A DNA stretch of 64,000 bases from Planctomycetaceae bacterium UBA7805 (GTDB lineage Bacteria > Planctomycetota > Planctomycetia > Pirellulales > UBA7805), in contig DLCF01000158.1 in NCBI GenBank assembly GCA_002480485.1, positions 9,826 through 73,825 on the forward strand. Reading direction: 5' to 3'. Each line of letters opens with the position of its first letter. Positions within the stretch are counted from its first letter, which is position 1. The notes under the pieces are model-generated. The model saw only the letters and a program-made list of their open reading frames with translations, did no database searches and was not told where the DNA came from. Below are positions 27,754 through 38,123 of the stretch, in pieces. The translations under genes and the position numbers were made by a program.

Positions 27754-29043
27754 CTATTGAGCACCTCCCAGTGAAATCAGATTCGACTCTGTCCGCAAGT
27801 AAAGACGCCCGTCCGCCACCGCGGGCGTTGCGCGGCTTGGTTCTCCCAAATCATTCTTGGCACGTAATTTAAATTTTTTATCGGCCGCCAACACAACGAC
27901 TTTTCCATCTTCGGTAATCGCATAGAGATTGGATCCAATACAAATTGGCGAACCTGAAAACCCCCGGCCCACCCGTTGACGCCAACGCAGCTTGCCATCA
28001 GCAAGGTCGTGACAACTCACCACTCCCCCGTCGTGCCAGACAAATATCCAATCCTGATGGGTGATCGGGGTCACTACGTATGGCGCTGATTTTCTAATTT
28101 CATATGCAACCTCCGGTTTTCGAGAGCCGCCATCACCTGGTCGGACTGCGACTAGTGACTCGCCACTTCCTCCCTGACCGCTACTGCCGAAAACTAGGCC
28201 TCCGGCAACAATGGGGCTGCTCACGCATCTTTTATTGAAAACATCAATTGACCAAAGGGGGTCGCCCGTTTTTGGATTGATCCCTGTCATACCGTGGGCC
28301 GTGCTATTGAAAATTAGCTGCTCCGTTCCATCCTTCAATTGCAGAACGCAAGGGACCGAATAGGCGGTCTGCACACCGCCTTCACGACGCCGACGCCACC
28401 TCTCCTCTCCGGTTTTTCGATCGTAAGCAGCAAGAAAGCTCTCCCCGAGCTGTTCATTAGCAACAATCACCATGTCACGGTACACGATCGGCGACATCGC
28501 AAATCCGTGCTGACTTTTAAACCCGCCAAGATCAATGCGCCAAACAGTTCGACCATCCTCAAGATCAAGCGCGATCAAATGATATGCCCGGGGCGTAGCC
28601 CACATAAAATATATGTGTCGCATATCGAGTGCAGGAGTACTCGAGGCATAACTATTACGTGTATGCAAATGATGTGTTGCAGAGGGAAATTCGCGACTCC
28701 AGATTTGACTACCGTCGGAAGCACGCAAACAAATAACGTAACGAGTGGCCCCTTCGGGGTCGCCACTTGTTACTACGATGCGATCTTCAGAAATCACCGG
28801 CGAAGAGTGGCCGATGCCGGGTAACGGGACCTGCCAGTTGTAATCCTTGGCCGTCCATTCAACGGGAATTGTGGTTGCATCGCTCTGACCTGCACCATTG
28901 ACGCCGCGAAATCTCAACCAGTCTTCTGATCCATCGATCTCCGTCCCGATATTCACAGCAACCGTAACCATTATAATCGCGATCATCCAGCATGGAGGAA
29001 ACAGAGCTTGTCTTGAGCGATCGCCGTGGAGCATCATCCGCAC
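27754..29043 (-). CDS. PQQ-like (BamB-like) beta-propeller repeat protein, secreted or anchored
   Basis: N-terminal anchor, then repeated ...G..(W/V)W... blades (DGSQIWS, GRTVWRI, GEERWRR, GDPLWSI, GKLRWRQ). Its GTG start abuts the upstream stop (29043/29044). Confidence 0.75.
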   Translation of the reverse strand: MRMMLHGDRSRQALFPPCWMIAIIMVTVAVNIGTEIDGSEDWLRFRGVNGAGQSDATTIPVEWTAKDYNWQVPLPGIGHSSPVISEDRIVVTSGDPEGATRYVICLRASDGSQIWSREFPSATHHLHTRNSYASSTPALDMRHIYFMWATPRAYHLIALDLEDGRTVWRIDLGGFKSQHGFAMSPIVYRDMVIVANEQLGESFLAAYDRKTGEERWRRRREGGVQTAYSVPCVLQLKDGTEQLIFNSTAHGMTGINPKTGDPLWSIDVFNKRCVSSPIVAGGLVFGSSGQGGSGESLVAVRPGDGGSRKPEVAYEIRKSAPYVVTPITHQDWIFVWHDGGVVSCHDLADGKLRWRQRVGRGFSGSPICIGSNLYAITEDGKVVVLAADKKFKLRAKNDLGEPSRATPAVADGRLYLRTESNLISLGGAQ

Positions 29044-30255
29044 TTACAAATCCTCCTTGCCGCTCTCTTCCGAACCACTTGCCATCGTGGAGGCGGGGGT
29101 CAGATGATAACCATACTTATTGCCGTAACTAGCCCATCGTACTGCAATCGCCCGCTCAATTTCCGGATCCAGTGTATGCCGGTTGACGCGGTAATCGCGT
29201 TGCTTTTCCACATATTCCTCAACCGCCGGGCGAATGTTCTCGAAATCTCCCAAGTCCAAATCTCGGTAGATCCGGCGAATTTGACCCATCGGGTCTTTCA
29301 CTAAATCCTCGTATCGAACATCGCAGATTTGGTTATTAGCAATGCTGTTTCGCTGACTTTCAAAGCCCTCATACATCATTACCAAGGAACGCAAAATGTA
29401 TTCGTCCAAGTCCCGATGGTGCGGTCGCTGGAATGTCTGTGAGTGATCAAGTGATTGCCAGGTCCGTTTGGTAGACGGAAATAAAGACCGTGGATCACGA
29501 ACGATATGGATAAATTTGGCCCCTGGAAATATCTCCGAGAGGACGCCAATTTGTCCCGTGTGCGGGGGCGATTTCAATATTAACGGTTTTTTTTTGGCGT
29601 ACGTGAGCGACTTTACAAAGGTTTTCATCCCCCACCGGAAACGATCCAGATCTTTTTGACTCACCCCCTCCATGTTGAGAAATTCATTGAATGGTGGGGG
29701 ATGATTCGGAAAAGCTAAACGAAAATACGGCGTGGGACAATCAAGACCACAAAGCGCGATATCGTCTTCCTGCGGCCGCTCAAATCCGATTTGCATATTA
29801 TCCATCGGCCTTTTTTCCGGCAATAAAAACCAGAAGATCTTCGGCAAGATGCGGCTCGTCGTGACAAAATGGTGCGGCGCAAAACAATCATAGGTCGTGG
29901 CATAGGCAAAGCGTTGATCGCGTACCATTAACTCGTGAAGATAGGTCGTACCACTCCGCCAATGGCCGATAATAAAAATTGGCGGTTGCTTTAAAGACAC
30001 CGCTTCAATTTTTTTCCCATGCAAACAATGCTGCAGCAGGGACAGAGTGGAATTGATCACGCCACAGATGAGTACCGTGAACACCATACCCCAGCGGTAG
30101 GGATGAACGCGGAACTGGTTGCGGGCAAGTAATCGGAGGGCCGAAAAAAAACGCATCCCGTGCCAGAAACGTGGGGTCCGCTGAGGATACGTGTTCACGT
30201 CCGAGGGGCCTTTCGCTTTAGCTGCTTTGGCATCGGCAGGCATCACACGCACCAT
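29044..30255 (-). CDS. Sulfotransferase-family protein
   Basis: 5'-PSB loop IIGHWRSGTTYLHELM and a 3'-PB-like region (FIHIVRDPRS). Has an N-terminal hydrophobic segment. Confidence 0.8.
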   Translation of the reverse strand: MVRVMPADAKAAKAKGPSDVNTYPQRTPRFWHGMRFFSALRLLARNQFRVHPYRWGMVFTVLICGVINSTLSLLQHCLHGKKIEAVSLKQPPIFIIGHWRSGTTYLHELMVRDQRFAYATTYDCFAPHHFVTTSRILPKIFWFLLPEKRPMDNMQIGFERPQEDDIALCGLDCPTPYFRLAFPNHPPPFNEFLNMEGVSQKDLDRFRWGMKTFVKSLTYAKKKPLILKSPPHTGQIGVLSEIFPGAKFIHIVRDPRSLFPSTKRTWQSLDHSQTFQRPHHRDLDEYILRSLVMMYEGFESQRNSIANNQICDVRYEDLVKDPMGQIRRIYRDLDLGDFENIRPAVEEYVEKQRDYRVNRHTLDPEIERAIAVRWASYGNKYGYHLTPASTMASGSEESGKEDL

Positions 30256-30893
30256 TTTGTTCGTACAGGTTCGGTCAAAATCGATTTGGCAAGAAAGAGG
30301 TCAATCATCAATCGGCGGCATGGAAAACGTTCAGAATGTATTTGGAAATCGACACGCACGCGAACTAATAGCAGGCTCTATAATCGCCGAAGCAATATAC
30401 CACTGCGTGCAGGGAGAATGAACCTTTGTTCTCTAGCGAAGCGACAGGGTTGCCAACTGCAAAGAGCACTTACGTTAGAAAAAAGTGTCTTTAAAAAACT
30501 CGCTTTTTCCCAGTTTGTGCGGCTCCTCGCCATCAAAATGTAATCGGTGCACGCTATGAAAATAAACCAAAATTACACCAAATGCGTAATGTGGAGAGCG
30601 TGCTGTGTGAACGATGAGCTTGTTTTACACGCTTTTTGACTATATCATCGGGCGGCTGTGTTTAAGGCCTTGGTAAGAAACAAGTTAAATGCAGAAATCG
30701 TCCGGTCACCATGTTGGTACAAAGGATGGGCTCCATTGATAGTAGGTGTCCAAATCATAACGTTGCTCAGTTAGGCCTTTGCTAGGACTGTTGCTCCCCC
30801 TACAAATTGTTGCTTAACAGTTTTCTTTCTGATGACAAAAATTTCAATTTCTCGAATAACACCTCCTCCAAAACAATCCCCCGGTCACGCACC

Positions 30894-32984
30894 ATGAAGC
30901 AACATATTCTGATCATCACACTGGTCGTATCACTATTCACCGGTTTGGGCCAATTTTCGGCGGCCTCACCTACAGCCCCCACGGCCCGTGACAAACAGGT
31001 GGCAACGGCCGTCGCGGCTTTCTTGAGCACCGCCCACCTCAACCGGCAGGGATTCGATGAACTTAACGATGAGATTTCCGAGCGGTGGATCAACGCCTAC
31101 TTGAAATCGCTTGATCCCCGCAAAATGTATTTTCTCCAAGCGGATGTCGATCAGTTTTACAAAAACAAACATCAACTTGACGACATGATCAAGAGGCACA
31201 ACATCCGCTTCGCATATGATGTGTATCAGACTTACCTACAAAGGTTGGCTGAACGAGAGGCGGTCATCCACGAACTGATCGACATGGAGCATGACTTTAC
31301 AGTTGATGAATCGCTTGATACTGACTTTGAAAATCGCGGTTATCCCAAGAATTCTGCGGATGCGCGCGAGCTTTGGCGAAAGCAAATCAAATACGATTTT
31401 CTACTGCAGAAGGCCGCCGAGACAGAGATTGACGATGCAAGAAAGAAATTGCGGCGTCGTTACGATACTTTTGTAGAGAATCGCAAGCAGATGGATGGCA
31501 ACGAGCTGCTGGAAACTTACCTAAACGCTCTGACATCGTCTTACGACCCACACACCAGTTACATGTCGCCCACCACGCTGGAGAACTTTGTAATCAGCAT
31601 GCGACTGCAGCTGGAGGGCATTGGCGCAGCGCTTCAAATGATGGATGGCCATACGGTCATTTCGAAAGTGATTCCGGGCGGCGCTGCCGACAAAGACGGC
31701 AGGCTCAAGCCAGAAGACACCATCATTGGTGTAGGTCAGGGTGTAGATGGAGAGATTGAAGATGTCGTGGGTATGCGGCTGAATGACGTGGTAAAAAAAA
31801 TCCGCGGCAAAAAGGGGACGATTGTTCGGTTGCAGGTCACGCCGGGAGGCAAGGGAGAACCCAAAATATACGACATCACTCGGGCGCAAATCGAGTTGAA
31901 AGATAGCGCTGCACAGGCCGAAATAATCGAAAGCGGGAAAAAGCCTGATGGAAATCCATACCGCGTGGGGGTAATCGATTTACCGAGTTTTTACATGGAT
32001 ATGGAAGCTGCGAGGAATGGAAACGAGAATTTCAGAAGTACTACCCGCGACGTGCGAAAACTACTCGATGAGTTTCGTAAGGATAACGTGGACGTTGTCA
32101 TCCTAGACCTTCGTCGCAATGGGGGTGGCAGTCTGACCGAGGCGATCAATCTCACGGGTCTTTTTATTGACCAGGGTCCGATCGTGCGGGTGAAAGATGC
32201 GGATGGTAACGTGCAATCTTACGATGATACTGACGCGGGCGTTTCGTGGAGCAAACCGTTGGTTGTACTAACCAGCAAATTCAGCGCCAGTGCAAGTGAG
32301 ATTTTTGCCGGCGCTATCCAAGATTACCGCCGCGGTTTAGTGGTTGGTGATTATGCGACCCATGGCAAGGGGACAGTGCAAACATTGCAAGATGTTGGCC
32401 AGCGTCTATTCCGTATCCAGAAGCCACCGAAGCTAGGCGCACTGAAAGTGACAATGCAGCAATTTTATCGTCCCAACGGTGACAGCACCCAGAATCGTGG
32501 CGTTCTTTCCGATATTGAATTGCCGTCAGTGACCACCCATCTAGATGTCGGTGAGAGCGACCTGGACCACTCCGTAGCTTTCGATCAAGTTGCCTCAGCG
32601 CCTTTTGAAAAATTAGCGCTGATCGACAACACCCTTCTTGAGCGGATTCGCAAGCGGTCGAAAGCACGACGGGAAGATTCGGAAGACTTCCAAAAGGTCG
32701 AGAAAACAATTGCCAAGTACCTGGAACAAAAAGACCGCAAGAGTGTCTCGTTGAAAGAGGACGTTTTTATGGCGGACCGCGACGATGCGGAGGAAGACGC
32801 ACTGAAGGATGCGTTTGAGGATGACGATGACCAAGTGATTGATCGAAATTTCTACTTTGATGAGGCACTTGCGATAGCCCTGGACTACACGCAGTTGCTT
32901 AAGAATGGTCAGTTTGCCAACACCGAAGATTCAGAGCAGGAATCCGAGAACCCGAAGCTGCAAGCGGGTGTGCAGACTCGCTAG
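30894..32984 (+). CDS. Carboxy-terminal processing peptidase, family S41 (tail-specific protease, Prc-like)
   Basis: Signal peptide after ATG 30894 (MKQHILIITLVVSLFTG). PDZ segment, GGGSL, active-site region SASASEIFAGAIQD...GxxTxGKGT. The ORF opens at 30807. Confidence 0.9.
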   Translation: MKQHILIITLVVSLFTGLGQFSAASPTAPTARDKQVATAVAAFLSTAHLNRQGFDELNDEISERWINAYLKSLDPRKMYFLQADVDQFYKNKHQLDDMIKRHNIRFAYDVYQTYLQRLAEREAVIHELIDMEHDFTVDESLDTDFENRGYPKNSADARELWRKQIKYDFLLQKAAETEIDDARKKLRRRYDTFVENRKQMDGNELLETYLNALTSSYDPHTSYMSPTTLENFVISMRLQLEGIGAALQMMDGHTVISKVIPGGAADKDGRLKPEDTIIGVGQGVDGEIEDVVGMRLNDVVKKIRGKKGTIVRLQVTPGGKGEPKIYDITRAQIELKDSAAQAEIIESGKKPDGNPYRVGVIDLPSFYMDMEAARNGNENFRSTTRDVRKLLDEFRKDNVDVVILDLRRNGGGSLTEAINLTGLFIDQGPIVRVKDADGNVQSYDDTDAGVSWSKPLVVLTSKFSASASEIFAGAIQDYRRGLVVGDYATHGKGTVQTLQDVGQRLFRIQKPPKLGALKVTMQQFYRPNGDSTQNRGVLSDIELPSVTTHLDVGESDLDHSVAFDQVASAPFEKLALIDNTLLERIRKRSKARREDSEDFQKVEKTIAKYLEQKDRKSVSLKEDVFMADRDDAEEDALKDAFEDDDDQVIDRNFYFDEALAIALDYTQLLKNGQFANTEDSEQESENPKLQAGVQTR

Positions 32985-33342
32985 CGGTGAACTCAGGTCA
33001 GTTTCAACGATCCGCGACTCCCATCGCGATGCACGGAATCCTGTTCGCGCCAAGTCGCCTCCCGCAGCAACGATCGGCCAAAACATTTTGGTTGAAGATT
33101 TGGCGCGATTGTTTTACAAGTCTGGCTATGAAATAAGCGAATTATTCTCTTTTGGACAGACCATCGGCAGATGATGCAACTCATAGCTGGCATGATCTGC
33201 AATCAGATTGTAGCACCGCCTTGCAAGCAATAAGCTTGGTCGAATTAGCGTCGCATACGTTCTGTTAAGCCTCCCTCAAGCACTTCCATCGGGTGCTTGA
33301 CGGCATCAAAGACCCCGAAAGTTGCAAGGCTTTTGTTTTCGG

Positions 33343-34143
33343 TCAAAGGGATAAACGTAATCCGTCATAAGCAAGGCCCACTCCCTCAGGTAGATCGGCT
33401 TCGGTTTGCACATGTTCAAGATCGTGACTGATGTGGGTGAGCAGTGCCCGTTTAGGTTTTAATTGCTCAATCACCGCTAGCGACTCCTCGACACAAAAGT
33501 GTGTTGCATGGGGTTTTTTTCGCAATGCATCCAGCACCAGCACCTCCAGGCCCTCGAGTAATGGCATAGTTTCGTCAGGAATTCTGTTTGTGTCCGTACA
33601 GTAAGCGATATTTCCGATGCGGAATCCCATCACTTTAAAAGCGCCATGCAATAATCTGAAACCGATAATTTCTGCACCCAATACAGAAAATCCGCCGGGT
33701 TGGATAGCACGAAATTCAAGTTGTGGAATTGCACCCGGATGCGATGCCGGATGATCATTGAACGCATAGTCAAACGATTTGCGGATTCGCTCCTCGACAT
33801 AGGCTTCGCAATACAATGGAACAGGATGACCTAGGTAAAAAGGAAATAACCTCAAGTCATCCAGACCCATTACGTGGTCGGCGTGTTCGTGAGTGAAAAC
33901 AACCGCATCAATCACACCGATATTTTCACGTAGCAATTGCATTCTCAAATCAGGTGTCGTGTCAATTAAAAGATTTCCCTCGGGTAGCCCGAGAGCAATA
34001 CTGGCCCTGAAACGTTTATTTTTGGGATTGTCACTGGTGCACACCTCGCACCCGCAACCGATTGCGGGAACGCCCACCGAAGTTCCGGTGCCGAGAAAAA
34101 TAAGCTCTCCTCGAAAATCGGTGGTTTTTACCTGTTTCCCCAT
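33343..34143 (-). CDS. MBL-fold metallo-hydrolase (PhnP/GPMB-like)
   Basis: LGTGTSVGVPAIGCGCEVC and HEHADH motifs. The ATG at 34143 (MGKQVKTTDF...) fits the family N-terminus. The ORF opens at 34242. Confidence 0.85.
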   Translation of the reverse strand: MGKQVKTTDFRGELIFLGTGTSVGVPAIGCGCEVCTSDNPKNKRFRASIALGLPEGNLLIDTTPDLRMQLLRENIGVIDAVVFTHEHADHVMGLDDLRLFPFYLGHPVPLYCEAYVEERIRKSFDYAFNDHPASHPGAIPQLEFRAIQPGGFSVLGAEIIGFRLLHGAFKVMGFRIGNIAYCTDTNRIPDETMPLLEGLEVLVLDALRKKPHATHFCVEESLAVIEQLKPKRALLTHISHDLEHVQTEADLPEGVGLAYDGLRLSL

Positions 34144-34375
34144 CGTCGCAAAAATCCCCCAATCACAAACCAAGAGCCCTCGGTCAACGATGTAGCAAGC
34201 AAAGCCCACTGGTTTTGATTCGTTGTTGACCTGTTTACGCAATCTCTATAGACTTCCTCAAGGGTTTATCTTAGCCGAGAACTGCGACAAACCCCACGTG
34301 GGCCATGCAGCCGTTGGCTGTATTTCTTTTTGTCGACAGTTCCTACCACTGCAAACCACTGCATCTCGGTCCCCG

Positions 34376-37300
34376 ATGGAAATATTAGAACGAATTTGGG
34401 AATTTCTGAGCGGCTTCTTCAGCGGAATTCTGCGTCGCTTCGAAAAATCTGTAACTGCAATCTTCGGCTCTTCTAACGAGCGGATGATCAAACGGCTCTA
34501 CAGTCGAGTCGAAGCGATCAACGCAATGGAACCGCGCTATCAAGCGATGAGCGATGCGGAACTTCGCGAGCAAACCGCTTTGTTTCGCGAGCGCCTTTCC
34601 CGAGGTGAAACGCTTGATGAAATCTTAGAAGAGGCCTTTGCCGTTTGCCGGGAGGCTGGCCGCCGGTATTTAAATATGCGTCATTACGACGTGCAATTAA
34701 TTGGCGGCATGATTCTGCATAGCGGGGCAATCGCTGAAATGGTCACCGGCGAGGGCAAGACGCTGGTCGCAACACTGCCAGCCTATTTGAATGCCCTGGC
34801 TGGAAGTGTGCACGTTGTTACCGTGAATGACTACCTTGCCCGCCGTGATATGGAGTGGATGGGACCCTTACATATGGCCTTAGGTCTGACGGTTGGCGCG
34901 ATCCAAAGCGGTATGGAGCCGTCAGCCCGCCAGCAATCTTATGAGTGCGATATCACCTACGGGACAAATAATGAATTCGGATTTGATTATCTGCGTGACA
35001 ACATGCGGACCGCAGCAAGAGACGACGATCAATTTTCCAAATATCAACAGCAGTGCCAGGGCCCACTAAATTTTGCAATCATCGACGAAGTTGACAATAT
35101 TTTGATCGATGAAGCGCGGACACCGTTGATTATTTCAGGCCAAGCCCATTCCGATATCCGTCGATATTCCGAGGCGGACCGTATCGCCCGACAACTAAAA
35201 AAAGAAACGCATTTTTCTGTAAGTGAAAAAGACCACTCGGCACATCTCACCGATACCGGCGTGAGAGAGGCAGAAAAACTTGCCGGGGTTGAGAGTTTCT
35301 ACACCGCAGGGAATATGGAGTGGCCTCACCTGATCGATAACGCGCTCAAAGCACATTATCTCTACAAGCGTGATGTGAACTACGTAGTGAAAGAGGGCGC
35401 TGTCATAATTGTTGACGAGTTTACTGGGCGATTAATGGAGGGACGCCAGTGGAGCGATGGGCTGCATCAGGCAGTGGAGGCAAAAGAGGGTGTACAGATT
35501 AAAGAAGAGACCCAGACTCTTGCTACCATCACACTGCAAAACTTTTTCAAGCTCTACAACAAGCTGAGTGGTATGACCGGTACAGCTATGACCGAGGCGG
35601 GCGAGTTTTGGAAAATTTACGAACTGGATGTGGTGGCAATCCCAACAAACCGTAAGCTGCAGCGGATCGAACACCCCGATACCATTTACCGCACCGAACA
35701 AGAGAAATTTGCGGCCATGGCTGATGAGATCGAGCAACTGCACCGATGGGACACGCTCTACCTGCGTAGTGGTCACGCATGTATCGGAGAAATTATCGGG
35801 GAAACCGATCAGCAGATTGATTTCAAAAAACAGGGATCGAAAACCAGTGAACCCGTCTCCAAGGAAAGCATACGATCTATCCAAAGAAAGGGGCGGCCGA
35901 TTCTGGTCGGAACGGTTTCGATTGAAAAGAGCGAGCATCTCGGATCGCTGCTGAATAAGCGAGGCGTGAAACATGAAGTACTCAACGCCAAGCAACACAA
36001 ACGGGAAGCTGATATCGTCGCTCAGGCGGGCCGCCTGGGTGCGGTAACGATAGCCACCAACATGGCGGGGCGTGGTACAGACATCGTTTTGGGAGGAAAT
36101 CCGGAAACGATGGCCTGGGCGCAACTGCAGCACAAATATGAAACTCGACTCGACGTTCCGGGGGAGGAATGGGAGGCATTGGTCAGCTCAATTCGTCACG
36201 ATGAGAAAATGGAATCTCAGGGTGAATATATCCGTACCCTTGGTGGACTGCATATTATCGGCACCGAGCGACACGAGGCACGACGCATCGATCTGCAACT
36301 TCGCGGACGCAGTGGTCGTCAGGGTGATCCGGGGAGTAGCCGATTCTATTTATCACTTGAGGATGATTTGATGCGTATTTTTGCCGGCGAATGGGTCCGC
36401 ACTTGGCTCACTCGACTCGGTATGCAGGAAGGAGAGGCAATTGAAAGCAAAATGGTTTCCCGGCGTATCGAAGGGGCGCAAAAGAAGGTTGAGGAGCGAA
36501 ACTTTGAGATACGAAAAAACTTACTCGAATACGACGAGGTGATGGATGAACAACGGAAGCGGGTCTATGACTACCGGCAAAAAATTCTAGATGGCGAAAA
36601 CTGCAAAACTCTGATTTTGGAAATGCTTGTTGCCGAAATAGATAAACATCTGAGCGAGTTTTTAGACCGCGACTTCGGCACCGAATCCTTTGCGGCCTGG
36701 GCGAGTGGCCGCTTGGGCCTGGACCTTGACCATCGCGACTTCCGCGAAATGGATTTCAAATCGGCAGAGGCTTTCGCGAAAGATGAGGCAGATCGGGCAT
36801 CCGAGTCGCAGGTGCTGGATGCTATCGAGGAGAACTTGCCTGAGCAGGAAGATCCGAGCGAGTGGAATTGGGCTGCACTTGCAAAGTTTGCCAATGCTCG
36901 TTGGCAACTTTCACTTCGAGATCGTGATTTGAAAAAAATCGGCCGGGATCACGTCGACACGTTTTTAATTGAAAAGGCGAGGGCGGCGGTCGATAAGATA
37001 AATCTTGATGAGGGTGCCGCCTATTTAGATAAAGACTACGGATTAAAAACCGCGATCAATTGGGTCCAATATAAGTTCGGGCTGACATTGCCAGATGAAG
37101 AATTTCGAGGCATGGAATCTCACGATTTCAAAGAGCGGGTTCTCGACCTCGCCAAAACCACTTACTCGCAAAAAGAGATTGAGTTTCCGGTGATGGGTGG
37201 ACTTCTTCACTATACGACACGCGATGCAAGCGGAAATCGACGGTATGATCGCGAGCAATTAATTGAGTGGGCACGCGATCGTTTCGGAGTCAAGTTGGAT

Positions 37301-38056
37301 TTGGAAGATTTGCGATCAAAACAACGCGATGAAATTCGCGAGGTACTCCTCGCGCAAAGTCGCGAACATCATGAATGCGGACAAACTCTCGCGGAAGCAA
37401 TGAGCTCGCACGTGGATGCTGCTCTCGGCGGTGAACATACCGGTGTTACCAGTTTAATAATGTGGGCAAAAGAAAATTTGGACGTAACATGGGATGCCGA
37501 GCAGATAATGCGTTGGGACGAACCGCAACTGCAGCACGCGGTGGAATCTGCCTGGCAAGACCGCTACTGCCCTGAAATCCGCCGAATGGAACGATCGCTC
37601 ACCCTGCAAATTCTTGATTCAGCTTGGAAAGACCATCTACTGGCGATGGACCATCTACGCAGTAGCGTTGGGCTTCGAGGCTATGCCCAGGTTGATCCCA
37701 AGGTGGAGTATAAACGGGAAGGTATGCGAACCTTTGAGGCCATGTGGCAATCGATTCAGGAACGGGTAACGGACCTGGTCTTTCGCATGGAACAGCTGGA
37801 TGATGACTTTGTTAGTGCCACCTGGGTGGAAACAGCGGCAACGCACGATGCGGCAAAGTCGGCGGCCTCGCTTGCGGATGAAGAACACGGCAGCGAAGTA
37901 AATGAAGTTGGAGAAGGCGAGAAAATTGAGCCGATACGTAACCGAAAAGAACGAATCGGTCGTAATGCACCTTGCCCGTGCGGAAGTGGAAAAAAATATA
38001 AAAACTGCTGCATGCGAAGCAGCAGCAGCGCTCAGCAACCGATGGGATCACGCTGA
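34376..38056 (+). CDS. secA: Preprotein translocase ATPase SecA (expanded, 1226 aa)
   Basis: MVTGEGKTLVATLPAYLNAL, DEVDNILIDEARTPLIISG, TNMAGRGTDI, and the C-terminal zinc motif CPCGSGKKYKNCC. The ATG at 34376 gives the canonical FGSSNERMIKRL N-terminus. Confidence 0.95.
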   Translation: MEILERIWEFLSGFFSGILRRFEKSVTAIFGSSNERMIKRLYSRVEAINAMEPRYQAMSDAELREQTALFRERLSRGETLDEILEEAFAVCREAGRRYLNMRHYDVQLIGGMILHSGAIAEMVTGEGKTLVATLPAYLNALAGSVHVVTVNDYLARRDMEWMGPLHMALGLTVGAIQSGMEPSARQQSYECDITYGTNNEFGFDYLRDNMRTAARDDDQFSKYQQQCQGPLNFAIIDEVDNILIDEARTPLIISGQAHSDIRRYSEADRIARQLKKETHFSVSEKDHSAHLTDTGVREAEKLAGVESFYTAGNMEWPHLIDNALKAHYLYKRDVNYVVKEGAVIIVDEFTGRLMEGRQWSDGLHQAVEAKEGVQIKEETQTLATITLQNFFKLYNKLSGMTGTAMTEAGEFWKIYELDVVAIPTNRKLQRIEHPDTIYRTEQEKFAAMADEIEQLHRWDTLYLRSGHACIGEIIGETDQQIDFKKQGSKTSEPVSKESIRSIQRKGRPILVGTVSIEKSEHLGSLLNKRGVKHEVLNAKQHKREADIVAQAGRLGAVTIATNMAGRGTDIVLGGNPETMAWAQLQHKYETRLDVPGEEWEALVSSIRHDEKMESQGEYIRTLGGLHIIGTERHEARRIDLQLRGRSGRQGDPGSSRFYLSLEDDLMRIFAGEWVRTWLTRLGMQEGEAIESKMVSRRIEGAQKKVEERNFEIRKNLLEYDEVMDEQRKRVYDYRQKILDGENCKTLILEMLVAEIDKHLSEFLDRDFGTESFAAWASGRLGLDLDHRDFREMDFKSAEAFAKDEADRASESQVLDAIEENLPEQEDPSEWNWAALAKFANARWQLSLRDRDLKKIGRDHVDTFLIEKARAAVDKINLDEGAAYLDKDYGLKTAINWVQYKFGLTLPDEEFRGMESHDFKERVLDLAKTTYSQKEIEFPVMGGLLHYTTRDASGNRRYDREQLIEWARDRFGVKLDLEDLRSKQRDEIREVLLAQSREHHECGQTLAEAMSSHVDAALGGEHTGVTSLIMWAKENLDVTWDAEQIMRWDEPQLQHAVESAWQDRYCPEIRRMERSLTLQILDSAWKDHLLAMDHLRSSVGLRGYAQVDPKVEYKREGMRTFEAMWQSIQERVTDLVFRMEQLDDDFVSATWVETAATHDAAKSAASLADEEHGSEVNEVGEGEKIEPIRNRKERIGRNAPCPCGSGKKYKNCCMRSSSSAQQPMGSR

Positions 38057-38123
38057 AACGAATGGTAGGTCGCTATTGCGGTCCACTTAACGGTTTAGCA
38101 CGATCAGAATCAAGGATGACGGC

